A DNA stretch of 64,000 nt from Candidatus Marinacidobacterium sp. (GCA_965204755.1 OZ242011.1:2656001-2720000), one strand, 5' to 3'. Positions 28,154 to 38,734 are shown, numbered from the stretch's first letter. Translations and numbers: made by a program. The notes: generated from the sequence alone by a model not told the origin.

Positions 28154-28313
28154 CACTGCACCATAGCGTCACGAGCCAGCGCCGGAAGCCGCGGCCCTGC
28201 CGCTTGGGCTCCAACGGCCCGTCGGGGAGTCTCCGGATGGGAGCGCGGAATATGCCCGTCTCAACAAGCCGTATGTCAACGACTTTTCTCAAGAACCCGG
28301 CTGGAACTTCCGA

Positions 28314-29075
28314 CTAAAGGCGGCGGCGGGGGTTCATCATCGTGCGCCACATGTGGGCGGTCGGGCTGTTGTCGAACCCGAGGCCTTCCTTCGGCTGGCG
28401 GAAGTGGCGGCCGACGATGTCCACGAACGGTTCGATCGTCGGCTTCGCGTCCGGGTCGAAACTGTAGTCGTCGTGGAGGGTGATGGAGCGGGCGTCCATG
28501 TACCACTTGTGGTTCCGGGCGTAGTCGTGGGCGCGCTTCAGGTAGGGCTCCGGCTCGTAGTCGGGGCCGAAGATCCGCGCGTACATCTCCGGGTACTCGT
28601 AGTCCACCGCCGGGTCGGGGAAGAACCGCAGCGCCTGGTGGTAGCGGATCGCCCACGCGACGCGCTCGGGGACATACGGCTCGATCATCTGGGCGCACCA
28701 CCAGCCGTGGTCGGCCCGCACCAGGTTGGTCACCGAGATGTCGTGGAGGAGGCAGGCGAGGACGATCTCCTCGCTCATCCCGTGCTTCATCGCGCGGGTG
28801 GCGCTCTGGAGCACATGCGACGCCGGGGCGAACCGGTGCTCGAAGAAGTCGAGCAGCGTCGGCTTCTCCGGCATGACCGAGAGCGGCTCCTCCCCCTCGG
28901 AGCCCCGGAGCGGCGGGCGCTCGGGGCTCTTCGCCGCGGTCTCGCCGTCGAGCGCCTCGATCATCGCGTGCTCGAGCGCCTCCGCCCGGTCCGCGAAGGA
29001 GAGGCCCACCGCCGCTCCCCCGCCGCCGATCGTGGCCGCCGCCTTCAAGAAGATCCTGCGATCCAGGTTCGCCAT
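28314..29075 (-). CDS. HD-domain protein with Tat signal
   Basis: DRRIFLK Tat motif; SHVLQSAT...ACLLHDI...DHG...YHQ...HDD. Confidence 0.8.
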   Translation of the reverse strand: MANLDRRIFLKAAATIGGGGAAVGLSFADRAEALEHAMIEALDGETAAKSPERPPLRGSEGEEPLSVMPEKPTLLDFFEHRFAPASHVLQSATRAMKHGMSEEIVLACLLHDISVTNLVRADHGWWCAQMIEPYVPERVAWAIRYHQALRFFPDPAVDYEYPEMYARIFGPDYEPEPYLKRAHDYARNHKWYMDARSITLHDDYSFDPDAKPTIEPFVDIVGRHFRQPKEGLGFDNSPTAHMWRTMMNPRRRL

Positions 29076-29245
29076 GATTCCCGTTCCCTCCCGGTTCCGG
29101 TTTCCGGTTTCGAGATACCGCCGCCGGGGGACGGAGGCGCGGTCGGGCCGCCCCTCCGCCCGGCCTCCGGCGGCCGGCTCGCTTAGTATAGGAACGAGAG
29201 GCTACGACAGCGCGCGGCGGGCGAATCGGCGAGGAAATCGGGACG

Positions 29246-30556
29246 ATGACTCGGGCGCGGAAGAACCCGGCCGCGGCGGCGGGCGAACCCGGTTCGGCGG
29301 CGGACGCGTCCCCCGCCCGAAAGCCCCCGCGCCCGACCGGCGCCGAGACCGCCGCCTCTTCCGTCCCCTCCTCCATCCCTGCCGGCGGGCTCACCCGCCG
29401 CCGCGCCCTCGCCGCCGCCGCCCGCCTCTTCCCGGCGGCCGCCACCGCGACCGCCGCCGCCTGCGCCGGCCGCGCCCCGGCCGCCGCGCCCGACCTCCCC
29501 CCGCGCCGGCCGGACTTCTTCCTCCCCCCGGTGAAGGTCTCCCGCGACCGGGTGATCCGCACCGTGGTCGGGCTCCGCCCCTTCCGCCCCTCCGGCTTCC
29601 GCGTGGAGACGGAAGACCTCGGCGGCGGCCGGCGGCTCGTCCACAACTACGGCCACGGCGGCGGCGGCGTCACGATGTCCTGGGGCACCGCTTGGCTCGC
29701 CGTCGAGGAACTCCTCGGCGAAGGCCCGTCCCCGGCGCGCGCCGCCGTCCTCGGGTCGGGCGCGGTCGGGCTCGCCACCGCCCGCCTCCTGCAGCGCCGC
29801 GGCGTGGAGGTGACGATCTACACGAAGGACTTGCCTCCCCGGACCACCTCGAATGTGGCCTGCGCCCAGTGGTCGCCCTTCTCCGTCTCCGACCCCCGCG
29901 TCCACTCCGACGAGTTCCAGACGCGTTTCGAGCGCGCCGCCCGTATCTCGAACCGCATCTTCCAGGACTTCGTGGGCGCCCGCTACGGCATCCGCTGGCT
30001 CACGAACTACCCGCTGAGCGATGTCCCCTTCGGCGGCCCCACCCGCCCGGAAGCGCTCGCCGACCTCTTCCCGGACACCCGCGCGCTGCCGCCCGGCTCC
30101 CACCCGTTCCCCTCCCGCCACGCCCGGCAGTTCACCACCATGATGATCGAGCCCCCGGTCTATCTGGGCGCGGTCCTGCGGGACTTCCGCCTGGCCGGCG
30201 GCCGGGTCCGCATCCGGGACTTCCGCTCGCTGGACGAAGTGGCCTCGCTCCCGGAGCGCCGGGTCGTCAACTGCACCGGGATCGGCGCCCGCGACCTGGT
30301 CGGCGACGAGGAACTGACCCCGCTCAAGGGGCAACTGACCATCCTCCTGCCCCAGCCGGAAGTCCGCTACATCGCCCTGAACTCCGGGCTCTACATGATG
30401 CCCCGCGCCGACGGCATCCTCCTCGGCGGCACCCGCGAGTTGGGGGAGTGGTCGCTGGAGCCGAACCGGGAGGCGGAGGAGCGCATCCTGACCGGCCACG
30501 CCGACTACTTCGACCGGATGGCGGCCCTCCGCTCCCGGTTCCGCCGCCCGGCCTGA
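29246..30556 (+). CDS. FAD-dependent D-amino-acid oxidase-like protein
   Basis: TRRRAL Tat-like motif; VVGLRPFR, HNYGHGGGG, VLGSGAVG, VVNCTGIGA, KGQ. Start may be further downstream. Confidence 0.85.
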   Translation: MTRARKNPAAAAGEPGSAADASPARKPPRPTGAETAASSVPSSIPAGGLTRRRALAAAARLFPAAATATAAACAGRAPAAAPDLPPRRPDFFLPPVKVSRDRVIRTVVGLRPFRPSGFRVETEDLGGGRRLVHNYGHGGGGVTMSWGTAWLAVEELLGEGPSPARAAVLGSGAVGLATARLLQRRGVEVTIYTKDLPPRTTSNVACAQWSPFSVSDPRVHSDEFQTRFERAARISNRIFQDFVGARYGIRWLTNYPLSDVPFGGPTRPEALADLFPDTRALPPGSHPFPSRHARQFTTMMIEPPVYLGAVLRDFRLAGGRVRIRDFRSLDEVASLPERRVVNCTGIGARDLVGDEELTPLKGQLTILLPQPEVRYIALNSGLYMMPRADGILLGGTRELGEWSLEPNREAEERILTGHADYFDRMAALRSRFRRPA

Positions 30557-30893
30557 CCCGGCGCGGCGCGGACGCGCCGGGCGAATCCAACCCGCCGAAC
30601 CGATTTCGGAGATTCGGATACGAACCCCTGCGCGGAGGCGGTCCGGTTCGCGTTTTCCGCATATAACTACTAGGAAATAAAGGCGTTACGGGAGGGCGGC
30701 GCCGACGCCGTTTCGGCCCGCCGGTTGCCTTGCAGTTGTGCGCGGGGGCGGAAATCCCTTACCATCCCGCCTCTTTCCGCCCGGATCGTCCGATCCGGCG
30801 CCTATTCCATCGCTCGCTCGCCTTCTGTCCGTGTCGTTCGTCAGCAGGTTCGGGCGGGAGGCTCTTGCCCACATCGAACCCAGGAGAGGATTC

Positions 30894-33800
30894 ATGAGAG
30901 CGTATTTCTTGCGGAGCGTCGCGGCGCTCGGCATCCTTGGATTGGCCGCGGGCGCCTTTGCCCAGACCTTCCAAGGAAGCATCCGCGGCCTCATCACGGA
31001 CCCCGACGGCGGCGTCCTTCCCGGCGTCTCGGTGACCATCGAGAACGAGGACACCGGGGTCACCCGGACCGCCGTCTCCAACGCGGTCGGCGAATATGTG
31101 TTCGCCAACCTGCAGCCCGCCACCTACACGGTGCGCGCCGAACTCAGCGGCTTCGCCCCCTTCGCGAGCGAGGGGCTGATCGTCGGCATTTCCGCCGCCC
31201 TGGTGGTGGACGCCACCCTCTCGATCGGCGGCATCGAAGAGACGATCACGGTCATCGGCGAGACGCCGCTCATCGAAGCCGCGACCGCCTCCGTGGCGGC
31301 GGCGGTGGACCGGGCGCAGTTGGAAGTGCTGCCGACGCCCGGCCGCAATGTCTTCATCATGTCGGTCACCACGCCCAATGTGGTCCACACCGGCGACCCC
31401 TTCTGGGTCAAGCAGTCCGACCAGACGAACTCGTCCCTGCTGTCGCTCGGCGGCGGCCCCCTCCGCGGCAACAACTACACCGTGGACGGGATCTCCACCA
31501 CCGACCTGCGCAACCGGTCGGTGATCATCCCGGTGTTCGAGGCGGTGGAGGAGATGAAGGTGCAGACGAACACCTACGACGCCGAGATGGGCCGCACCGG
31601 CGGCGGCGTCTTCAATGTGATCCACCGCCGGGGCACGAACAACTGGGGCGGCAGCGGCCTCTACCAGTACCGCACGCCGAAGGTGAACACCTGGCTGCGC
31701 AAGTTGTACTACCACGAGCAGCAGGCGTTCAACGCCGGAGAGAGGACCCAGGAGGACTTCAGCGAGCGTCCCTACGGTCTCTACGGCGGGTCGTTCGGCG
31801 GCCCGATCCTCGAGGATCGGACCTTCTTCTGGCTGGCCACCGAGGGCTACGCCGACCACCAAGCCCGGAATGTGACCATCGTGCTCCCGAGCGCGGCGGA
31901 AGCGGCCGGTGACTTCTCGCAGAGTGGCGTCACGATCTACAACCCCTACGATCTCGACGCCAACGGCAACCGGCGCCCGTTCCCGGGGAACCGGATTCCC
32001 GAGAGCATGATCGACCCGGTGGGGTCCTCGATGGCGAGGCTGCTCACCACTCTCGGCACGGGCGGGGACAACAGCGCCTCCGGGATCCAGATCATCGACG
32101 CCCTCCAGGCGACCGGAAACCTGAGCCATTCGTTTGCCGACAACTGGCAGTCGTCGCTGACCTACCTCTACTACACCTCGGAGGAGCCGGCGTTCGGCCA
32201 CTACATGGACTTGCTGAACGCGGACACGCATCCCGACTTCGGCATCGGCTCCGCTTCCTTGGGGCGGGATGTCCATGCGGTGGCGTTCAACAACACCTTC
32301 CTCCCGACCGACACTTCGGTTCTGACTCTCCGCTACGGGCAGACCTACTTCAACGACACCGTGGGCAATCCGGCTTTCGGCCTAGAAGAGTTCCGCGGTC
32401 TCGGTTTCCAGGGCAATTTCGTGGACAGCCTGTACGCCCAAGAGAATTACGCCGGACAATTCCCGACAGTCACCGTAGAGGAATTCGGCAATGACAACTC
32501 CACCCACGGTTCCTGGACCAACAACGACATCCAGTGGACCTCCCGCGAGGTCGCCGGCACCTACTCCCAGTTCGTCGGGAACCACACGCTTCGGTACGGT
32601 GGTCAGTGGCGTCGCATGGGACTGCACTCCGTGAACTTCGCCAATGGGCTTCAACTCAATTTCCACCGTAGATTCACTCAGGGTCCGAATCCGACGGATC
32701 CGGCCGCCGGGTCCGGCAGTGCGATGGCCGACCTGTTGCTCGGCATTCCGAACGGTGGAAGGGTGACGATCGCGGACGCCGCTGATGTCTATATCGATTA
32801 CTTCGGTGGTTTCATTCAGGACGACTGGCGCCCGACTTCGAACTTGGTCCTCAACTTGGGGCTCCGGGTCGAGCACGAGTCCGGGCTCCAGGAGGAACAG
32901 AACGGGTTGGTGGTCGGTTGGGACCGCACGAACCCGTTCCCCGTCCAGGTGGCGGCGCCTTCGTCGCTCGCCGGAACCTTGCCCGGTTTCCCGCTCACTG
33001 GCGGGCTCATGTACGCCGGTGTTGACGGCAACCCGACCCACCAGTGGGACCCGCCGACCGTGAAGTTGGGGCCGCGCGTAGGCTTCGCCTACACCGTGAA
33101 TCCGGAGACGGTCGTCCGCGGAGGCTACGCGGTCTTCTGGGCGCCCTACGCCCTTCCGTCGGGAACGGGAGCGAGCAGCATCGGCACCTACGGTTTCACC
33201 GCCGAGACCAGTTTCGCGAAGTCTTTGGACGGTGTGACTCCTCCGACCGGCACGGCTTCGAATCCGTTCCCGGATGGCGCGGCCAACCCGGTCGGCAGCG
33301 GGAATGGCCGCTTCCAGAACATCGGCCAAGAGGTGTACTTCAACGAGCAGTTCCGTTCGTCGCCGTACATCCAGAAGTGGTCAATGGACCTGCAGCGCGA
33401 CATCGGGCAAGACTTGGTCGTCAAGATCGGCTATGTGGGGAGTCGCGGGTCGAGTCTGCCGATTGGCGGCACTGCGGACTCCCGCGTCAACATCAACCAG
33501 TTGGCCGACTCTTACCTCTCGCTGGGAGACCGGTTGAACGAACAGCATCCGAACCCGTTCCACGGTGACAGCCGCTTCGGACCCTTGTCGGGCTCGGAGA
33601 CCCTGCCGCTCGGCCAGTTGCTTCGGCCGTTCCCCCACTTCACCAATGTGTTCGCCCGGCATGTGAGTTCCGGCAAGTCGCTCTACAACTCCATGCGTTT
33701 CGAGTTCGAACGGCGTTTCCGCGGGAACTGGGGCGCGCGGATCAACTACACGCTGACCCGGCACAGCGACAACATCTACGAGAGCAACACCCGGCTGTCG

Positions 33801-34403
33801 GACGAAAGGTTCGACATCTACAACACGCCGGATGAGTGCGCTACCGGCAAGTGCCCGGTCCTCGAAGCCGATTACGGGCCGTCGCGCCTGCATGTGCCGC
33901 ACCAGGTGAACCTCAACGCGTCCTTCCGCACTCCGGGAGACAACCCGTTCACGAGTGGCTGGACTTTCTCGTTCGTGACGATTCTGCGCAGCGGCTTCCC
34001 GCTGAACATCGTGCAGGTCAGCAACGCGCTGAGTTCCTACGGGTTCGGCCACCAGCGCCCCCAGAGCGTGTCGGTGAGCGCCGGCGGCAACCCGGCGGGC
34101 AACCATCAGGGTTGGCTTAGCGGAAACGTGACCGAGACCCACGGGTTCGCCCTCGGCGGCGGACCCCAGACGACCGACATGGCGCGGAGCCCGCGGTACT
34201 TCAACTGGGACTTGTCCCTCGAGAAGACCACGACGCTCTACGAAGATCTGAACCTGATGCTGCGGTTCGAGATGATCAACGCCTTCAACCAGCCGAACTG
34301 GAACGGCCCGCGCACGCGCTTCGGCGCCGGCAACTGGGGACAGATCACCTCCACCGGCGGCTTCCCCCGCACCATCCAGTTCATGGCGAAGGTCACCTTC
34401 TGA
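30894..34403 (+). CDS. Oar-type TonB-dependent receptor (carboxypeptidase-regulatory-like N-terminal domain), paralog A
   Basis: Signal peptide; GSIRGLITDPDGGVLPGVSVT, NYTVDG, TYDAEMGRTGGG, QDDWR, C-terminal QFMAKVTF. Confidence 0.9.
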   Translation: MRAYFLRSVAALGILGLAAGAFAQTFQGSIRGLITDPDGGVLPGVSVTIENEDTGVTRTAVSNAVGEYVFANLQPATYTVRAELSGFAPFASEGLIVGISAALVVDATLSIGGIEETITVIGETPLIEAATASVAAAVDRAQLEVLPTPGRNVFIMSVTTPNVVHTGDPFWVKQSDQTNSSLLSLGGGPLRGNNYTVDGISTTDLRNRSVIIPVFEAVEEMKVQTNTYDAEMGRTGGGVFNVIHRRGTNNWGGSGLYQYRTPKVNTWLRKLYYHEQQAFNAGERTQEDFSERPYGLYGGSFGGPILEDRTFFWLATEGYADHQARNVTIVLPSAAEAAGDFSQSGVTIYNPYDLDANGNRRPFPGNRIPESMIDPVGSSMARLLTTLGTGGDNSASGIQIIDALQATGNLSHSFADNWQSSLTYLYYTSEEPAFGHYMDLLNADTHPDFGIGSASLGRDVHAVAFNNTFLPTDTSVLTLRYGQTYFNDTVGNPAFGLEEFRGLGFQGNFVDSLYAQENYAGQFPTVTVEEFGNDNSTHGSWTNNDIQWTSREVAGTYSQFVGNHTLRYGGQWRRMGLHSVNFANGLQLNFHRRFTQGPNPTDPAAGSGSAMADLLLGIPNGGRVTIADAADVYIDYFGGFIQDDWRPTSNLVLNLGLRVEHESGLQEEQNGLVVGWDRTNPFPVQVAAPSSLAGTLPGFPLTGGLMYAGVDGNPTHQWDPPTVKLGPRVGFAYTVNPETVVRGGYAVFWAPYALPSGTGASSIGTYGFTAETSFAKSLDGVTPPTGTASNPFPDGAANPVGSGNGRFQNIGQEVYFNEQFRSSPYIQKWSMDLQRDIGQDLVVKIGYVGSRGSSLPIGGTADSRVNINQLADSYLSLGDRLNEQHPNPFHGDSRFGPLSGSETLPLGQLLRPFPHFTNVFARHVSSGKSLYNSMRFEFERRFRGNWGARINYTLTRHSDNIYESNTRLSDERFDIYNTPDECATGKCPVLEADYGPSRLHVPHQVNLNASFRTPGDNPFTSGWTFSFVTILRSGFPLNIVQVSNALSSYGFGHQRPQSVSVSAGGNPAGNHQGWLSGNVTETHGFALGGGPQTTDMARSPRYFNWDLSLEKTTTLYEDLNLMLRFEMINAFNQPNWNGPRTRFGAGNWGQITSTGGFPRTIQFMAKVTF

Positions 34404-34421
34404 TCCCGGTCTGAACTCCCC

Positions 34422-34458
34422 CCGGCCCCGTCGCCGCGTTATGCGGCGGCGGGGTCGA
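34422..34458 (+). terminator. GC-rich hairpin after the receptor gene, possible terminator
   Basis: GGCCCCGTCGCCGC-GTTAT-GCGGCGGCGGGGTC inverted repeat between convergent genes; no clear U-tract. Confidence 0.4.
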
Positions 34459-34667
34459 ACTCTGTACACGAGGCGCGCGGAAGGCTCGCCCGTGGCGGGA
34501 TGGCTGGACGATCCGCGACTCGACGCTGTCCGTCGCGAAATTGTCGGTGACCGCTGCTGTCCTGTCGAGGAGTCCGTGACCGCTGCCGCGACGGATGGCA
34601 GTCGCCGTCCTGCAGCCGGGGTGGGGTGTGCGTCGCTCGGTGGCCGGAGCGACTCCCGGCGCATCGA

Positions 34668-36356
34668 TTACCGAGGTTGGCCGGGCTTGCTCCTGTCTCG
34701 TGCGTGGCGGGCGGCGACCAAACGGTCCTCGATAACAGAATCATTCGGGCGGAGTCGTTGGGCGCTTTCCAAGGCGGCTACTGCTTCAGCCGCCCGCCCC
34801 AGGGAGAGGAGCAGGTCGCCGAGGTCGAAGAAGGCCTGCGCGGAGTTCGGGGACTCGATCGTGGCCCGCTCGAGGATCTCGATGGCGCGATCTTCGTTAC
34901 CTTCGGCGCGGTAGATCGCGGCTGCCTTCAGGAGATCCTCGTACCGGGGCTCTCCTTCAAGCCCTCGCTCGATGGCTTCGAACGCAGCGCCTCTGAGTCC
35001 GGACGCCTGCAGGAGTTCGCCGAGGCCGATGCGCAGCCGAGCCTCGCGACGGGCATCGGCAGGTTTCACCAACTCGTTCCGGTAGAGGACTTCGAGGTAT
35101 TCGAGATCGGCGGCCGCGCTCGGGCTGTCGAGGCCCGGCGGGACGCCGTCCACCCGGATCCAGTGGTCGGTGAAGTCCGCGCCGGCGAAGACCTCGGCCC
35201 GGTTCGGCAGGTGGCAGCGGACGCAGTCCGACGAGGCAGTCACCCGCTCGTAGCGATGTTCTTCCGCCGGGGCCTGATGGCACCGGAGGCAAGTTGCGCG
35301 GCTGGCTGCCCGGACATCGGTGTCGCTCCGGTGCGGGTCGTGGCAGTCGAGACAGGTGACCGCCGCCTCCGCCGGTGATTCCCGGAAGCAGGCGCTCATC
35401 ATCAAACTCGCGCCGGCGTGGCGAGCGAGGACCCGGTCGCGCCCGAGCACCAGCAGCGGCTCGAAGTCTGTCGGGTTCCGGTGGCATTGGGCGCAGAAAC
35501 CGACCTGGGCCCGCGGGGACAGCATCCCCGGGTTGAAGATGCCGCCGCCGGCCCCTGACTCCCACCCGGCGGCGTGGGCGGCCCCCGGCCCGTGGCACCG
35601 CTCGCAACGAACCCCCCACTCGGTCTCGGTCGCCGCCGGCCGGCCGTCGCGCCACTCCACGGCGGTGGCGTGGCACCCGAGACACAGCCGGGTCTCCCGC
35701 GCCGGGTCTTCGTCCCCGAGCGGGTCGGTGTCCGTCTCGCTCCCCGGCGTCTCGATCCACGAACCCTTTCCGTGGGACCAGGTGACCCGGAGTTCCCGCA
35801 TCCTCCGCCCCGCCAGGAAACTGACCGGCGTCACCCCGCGAAGCCCGGACCCGAAGACGGCGCTGACCGCAGCCTCCCCCTCCGGCCCCTTCAACACGGC
35901 GCCGTCGGCCGCGCGGTCGTAGGCGATCGCGTCCCGGCCCGGAAACTCCGGGCTGCGCCACTCGACCGCCCCCGCCAGCCGCTCCGGTCCGAACCACCGG
36001 TCGGCGTTGGCGTCGTCCACCGCCGCGCCCGTCCGCGCCATCGGATGCGCCTCCTGGTCGGTGGCGATCCCGCCGTGACACCCGGCGCAGACGGCGGCGC
36101 CGACGACTTCGCTGTCGGCGCCGGACGGCCACGCTCCAAGCAGTTCCCGTCCGTCGTCGCCGGCATCGGCTGTTTGGGGTGCCGCCCCCGACGGTTCCCC
36201 GCCACCGGCGACCGCGACGATCCCGAGCCCGACGACCGCGCCCGCGGCCCCCACGACGAGAAGGAGCCGTCTTCCGGCCCCGGCGAGCCGACGGTCAGGT
36301 CGTCCGAACGCGGTGCGGCCGCCGTGTCGCAGCCCGCTTGGTTCCATCTCGCCCAC
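34668..36356 (-). CDS. Multiheme c-type cytochrome (7 CxxCH) with C-terminal TPR
   Basis: CAGCH, CLGCH, CERCH, CAQCH, CLDCH, CLRCH, CVRCH, FTDHWI; TPR-like C-terminus; N-terminal TM segment. Confidence 0.85.
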   Translation of the reverse strand: MGEMEPSGLRHGGRTAFGRPDRRLAGAGRRLLLVVGAAGAVVGLGIVAVAGGGEPSGAAPQTADAGDDGRELLGAWPSGADSEVVGAAVCAGCHGGIATDQEAHPMARTGAAVDDANADRWFGPERLAGAVEWRSPEFPGRDAIAYDRAADGAVLKGPEGEAAVSAVFGSGLRGVTPVSFLAGRRMRELRVTWSHGKGSWIETPGSETDTDPLGDEDPARETRLCLGCHATAVEWRDGRPAATETEWGVRCERCHGPGAAHAAGWESGAGGGIFNPGMLSPRAQVGFCAQCHRNPTDFEPLLVLGRDRVLARHAGASLMMSACFRESPAEAAVTCLDCHDPHRSDTDVRAASRATCLRCHQAPAEEHRYERVTASSDCVRCHLPNRAEVFAGADFTDHWIRVDGVPPGLDSPSAAADLEYLEVLYRNELVKPADARREARLRIGLGELLQASGLRGAAFEAIERGLEGEPRYEDLLKAAAIYRAEGNEDRAIEILERATIESPNSAQAFFDLGDLLLSLGRAAEAVAALESAQRLRPNDSVIEDRLVAARHARDRSKPGQPR

Positions 36357-36683
36357 GGTTCCGGGATTATCGGCGCAGTGGCGACGGCTTCGAGGCCGGC
36401 GGCCGAGCCGGACTCCGCCTCGCTGCGGCTCGATCCGCCGGTTCAGGATTCGCGCTGCCCGGTCGGCGAGGGAGGCGCGATCGCCCCCTTGACGCCGCCT
36501 TCCGGCGTGTTAGTTTCCCGGACAGAGGTTCTTCGGATGTCGTTCCGACGATCGGTTTCGTCGCGTATCGCGGGTTCGCGGCCTGTCGTTCGGCGTCGGC
36601 GGTCGGCTCCGGGGATGGGTTCCGCAGCCCCCGCGGGCGTCTCGCTTTCTTCGCGCGCGGGGCGCGGCGGTCGGTAGAGGCTG

Positions 36684-37646
36684 GTGGACGCCGTGGCGCG
36701 CTCTCCCGCCGAACGAAGCCGACAGCGTGGCGTTGGCTCTCGCCGCTCGCCGAGCGGCGCCGGCCGTTCGCCCGTGGAGCGCCGGCCGGAGGGCGAGGCT
36801 CCCCCGACGACCGGCGGCGGCCTCGGGGCGCTCGACATCTATTTGCGGCAGGTTCGCCCGCTCCCGGTCGTGACCCGAGAGGACGAGCAGGTCTGCGTTC
36901 GGACCGCGCGCGGCCTATCCGGCGCCGACCGGGGCGCTTCGACCGCCCCCGAATGCGGAGCCTGCGCCAACGGCCGCTGCCGCCTCCTCGACGGTTGCCT
37001 GCGCTTGGTGGTGGCTCTGGCCCGCCGGCATCAGGGGCTCGGTGTGCCCCTCGAAGACCTCATCCAGGAAGGCAACCTGGGCCTGTTGAAGGCGCTCAAG
37101 AAGTTCGACCCGGACATGGGAACCAAGTTCCCGACATTCGCCAGCAACCGGATCGTGCAGGAAATGCGGCGCGCACTCCCCCGGACGGCGACGCCGATAC
37201 CGATTCCCGTGCGGAAGGCGGAGGCGAAGCGGTTCCGTGCCCAGGCGCGGGCGGATGCGGCATCGCGGTCGGGCACTCGTGGCGCTTCGGCGCTTCGCGT
37301 TCCGTTGAACCGCGAAGACGAGATGCTTCCCGATCGCCAGTCGTTCGATTCGCTCGACGCACCCGCGACGCCGAACGGTCTTCTCCGTTCTGAACTCCTC
37401 GCGGATTCAGCCCAAATGGACGCTGCCGGCCTCTTGGAAGCAGCCGAATGCGAGCGGGACTTGGCGGAAGCGGTCTCCCGGCTGCCGGAGCGCCTGCGCG
37501 AACCGGCGGGCACGACCGGCGCACCGCAGCGGCGGATCAGGGTCGGCGGAGGAGGTAGTCGGCGAAACGGGGGATGCCCATCTCCCAGATGCCGAGGTCC
37601 GCTTCCCACAGCACGCCGAGGTCGGACAACTCGTCCCGGAGGCTGA
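36684..37646 (+). pseudogene. Degenerate/truncated RpoD/RpoS-like sigma-70 factor
   Basis: Region 1.2 LDIYLRQV, region 2 LRLVVALARRHQGLGVPLEDLIQEGNLGL..A..KFDP. Homology stops at AVSRLPERLRE (~37500), before the region 4.2 HTH. Confidence 0.65.
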
Positions 37647-38648
37647 TGGCATCGAAGGGAACCTCGTCTTCGGCTGGCGCGCGAAGCACCGGCGTCAACC
37701 GGGAATCGGTGAGTCGTCCGCCCTGCGCCGCGAAAAGGCCCGCCAGCGCCTCGAGGATCGGCGCGACGCGTCGCGCCTCGGCCTCCCGGTATCGGCCTTC
37801 GTAGAACTCCTCGATGTCGGCGGGGCACTCGGCGGCGCCCCGTTCTGCGTGCTCCAACGAGACCACGGAGCCCGTAGCGGCGGCATCCCAAGCGGCGCCG
37901 CCAGCATTTGGAGGAAGTACGGGTAGTCCTGCGACTCCTCGGCGAGGAATTCGGCGGCGTTTTCCGCGAGGGGTCGTCCGGCCTCCCGCGCCGGTTCTCG
38001 CAGGGCGGCGATGGTGTCCGGTCGGCGGAGCCGCCCGACTCGACACCTCCTGAAGCCCCGCTCGTTGGAGGTGGCGGCCTGCAGGACGCGGCGCGGGGCG
38101 TCGGGAGTGCCCGCGGCGACGATCAGGAACGGTGGCGCCTCCGATTTGGCCCGCTGGACGGCCTCGAAGAACCAGCGGGCGACCTCGGGCGACAACTCTT
38201 GGACCTCGTCCAGGACGATGACCAACGGAGGTGGTGAGAGGTCCGCTCCGATCCACGCGATCAGGAGCGCCTCGATGTCCTCCGTGGGCGCCCGAGGCGT
38301 GGCGGTCGCTCCGAACCCGAGGGCCTGAACGCCGGTGAACTGGCTCTCGAGCGCCCTGGCGCGCTCCTGGAGCACACGGACGAGTTTTGCGTGCTCGGCG
38401 AGCGCGGCAACCGGGAGCGTTTCGACTCGGAAGCCGCATACGCGGGCCCGACGCCCGATCTCCAGCAGCATGGTCGTCTTCCCGTTGCCTCGCGGGCCGT
38501 AGAACAGGAAGTCCTGCGATGGCGAACTCCCGTCGGCCAAGTCAGCGAGGCGCCGCTCGGCGAGCGCCAATTCTCGGTCCCGCCCGGCGACCAGCGGTGG
38601 CAGCACTCCCCGGCCGGGCCGGAACGGGTTTTTCGCCGGACGGGCCAT
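37537..38648 (-). pseudogene. AAA ATPase paralog 2, frameshifted
   Basis: MARPAKNPFRPG...YGPRGNGKT...YPYFLQML in one frame; GGAAWDAA...WEMGIPRFADYL in the next. One G is missing at ~37901 (CTG GCG instead of CTG GGC). Confidence 0.8.
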
Positions 38649-38734
38649 GCTTCGGAGCATGGCCAAACGGAGCGGCGCGCGACTCGATACCGCTGTCGGG
38701 CGGTCGGCGCGTTCGTTCCCGCCGCCGCGACGGA

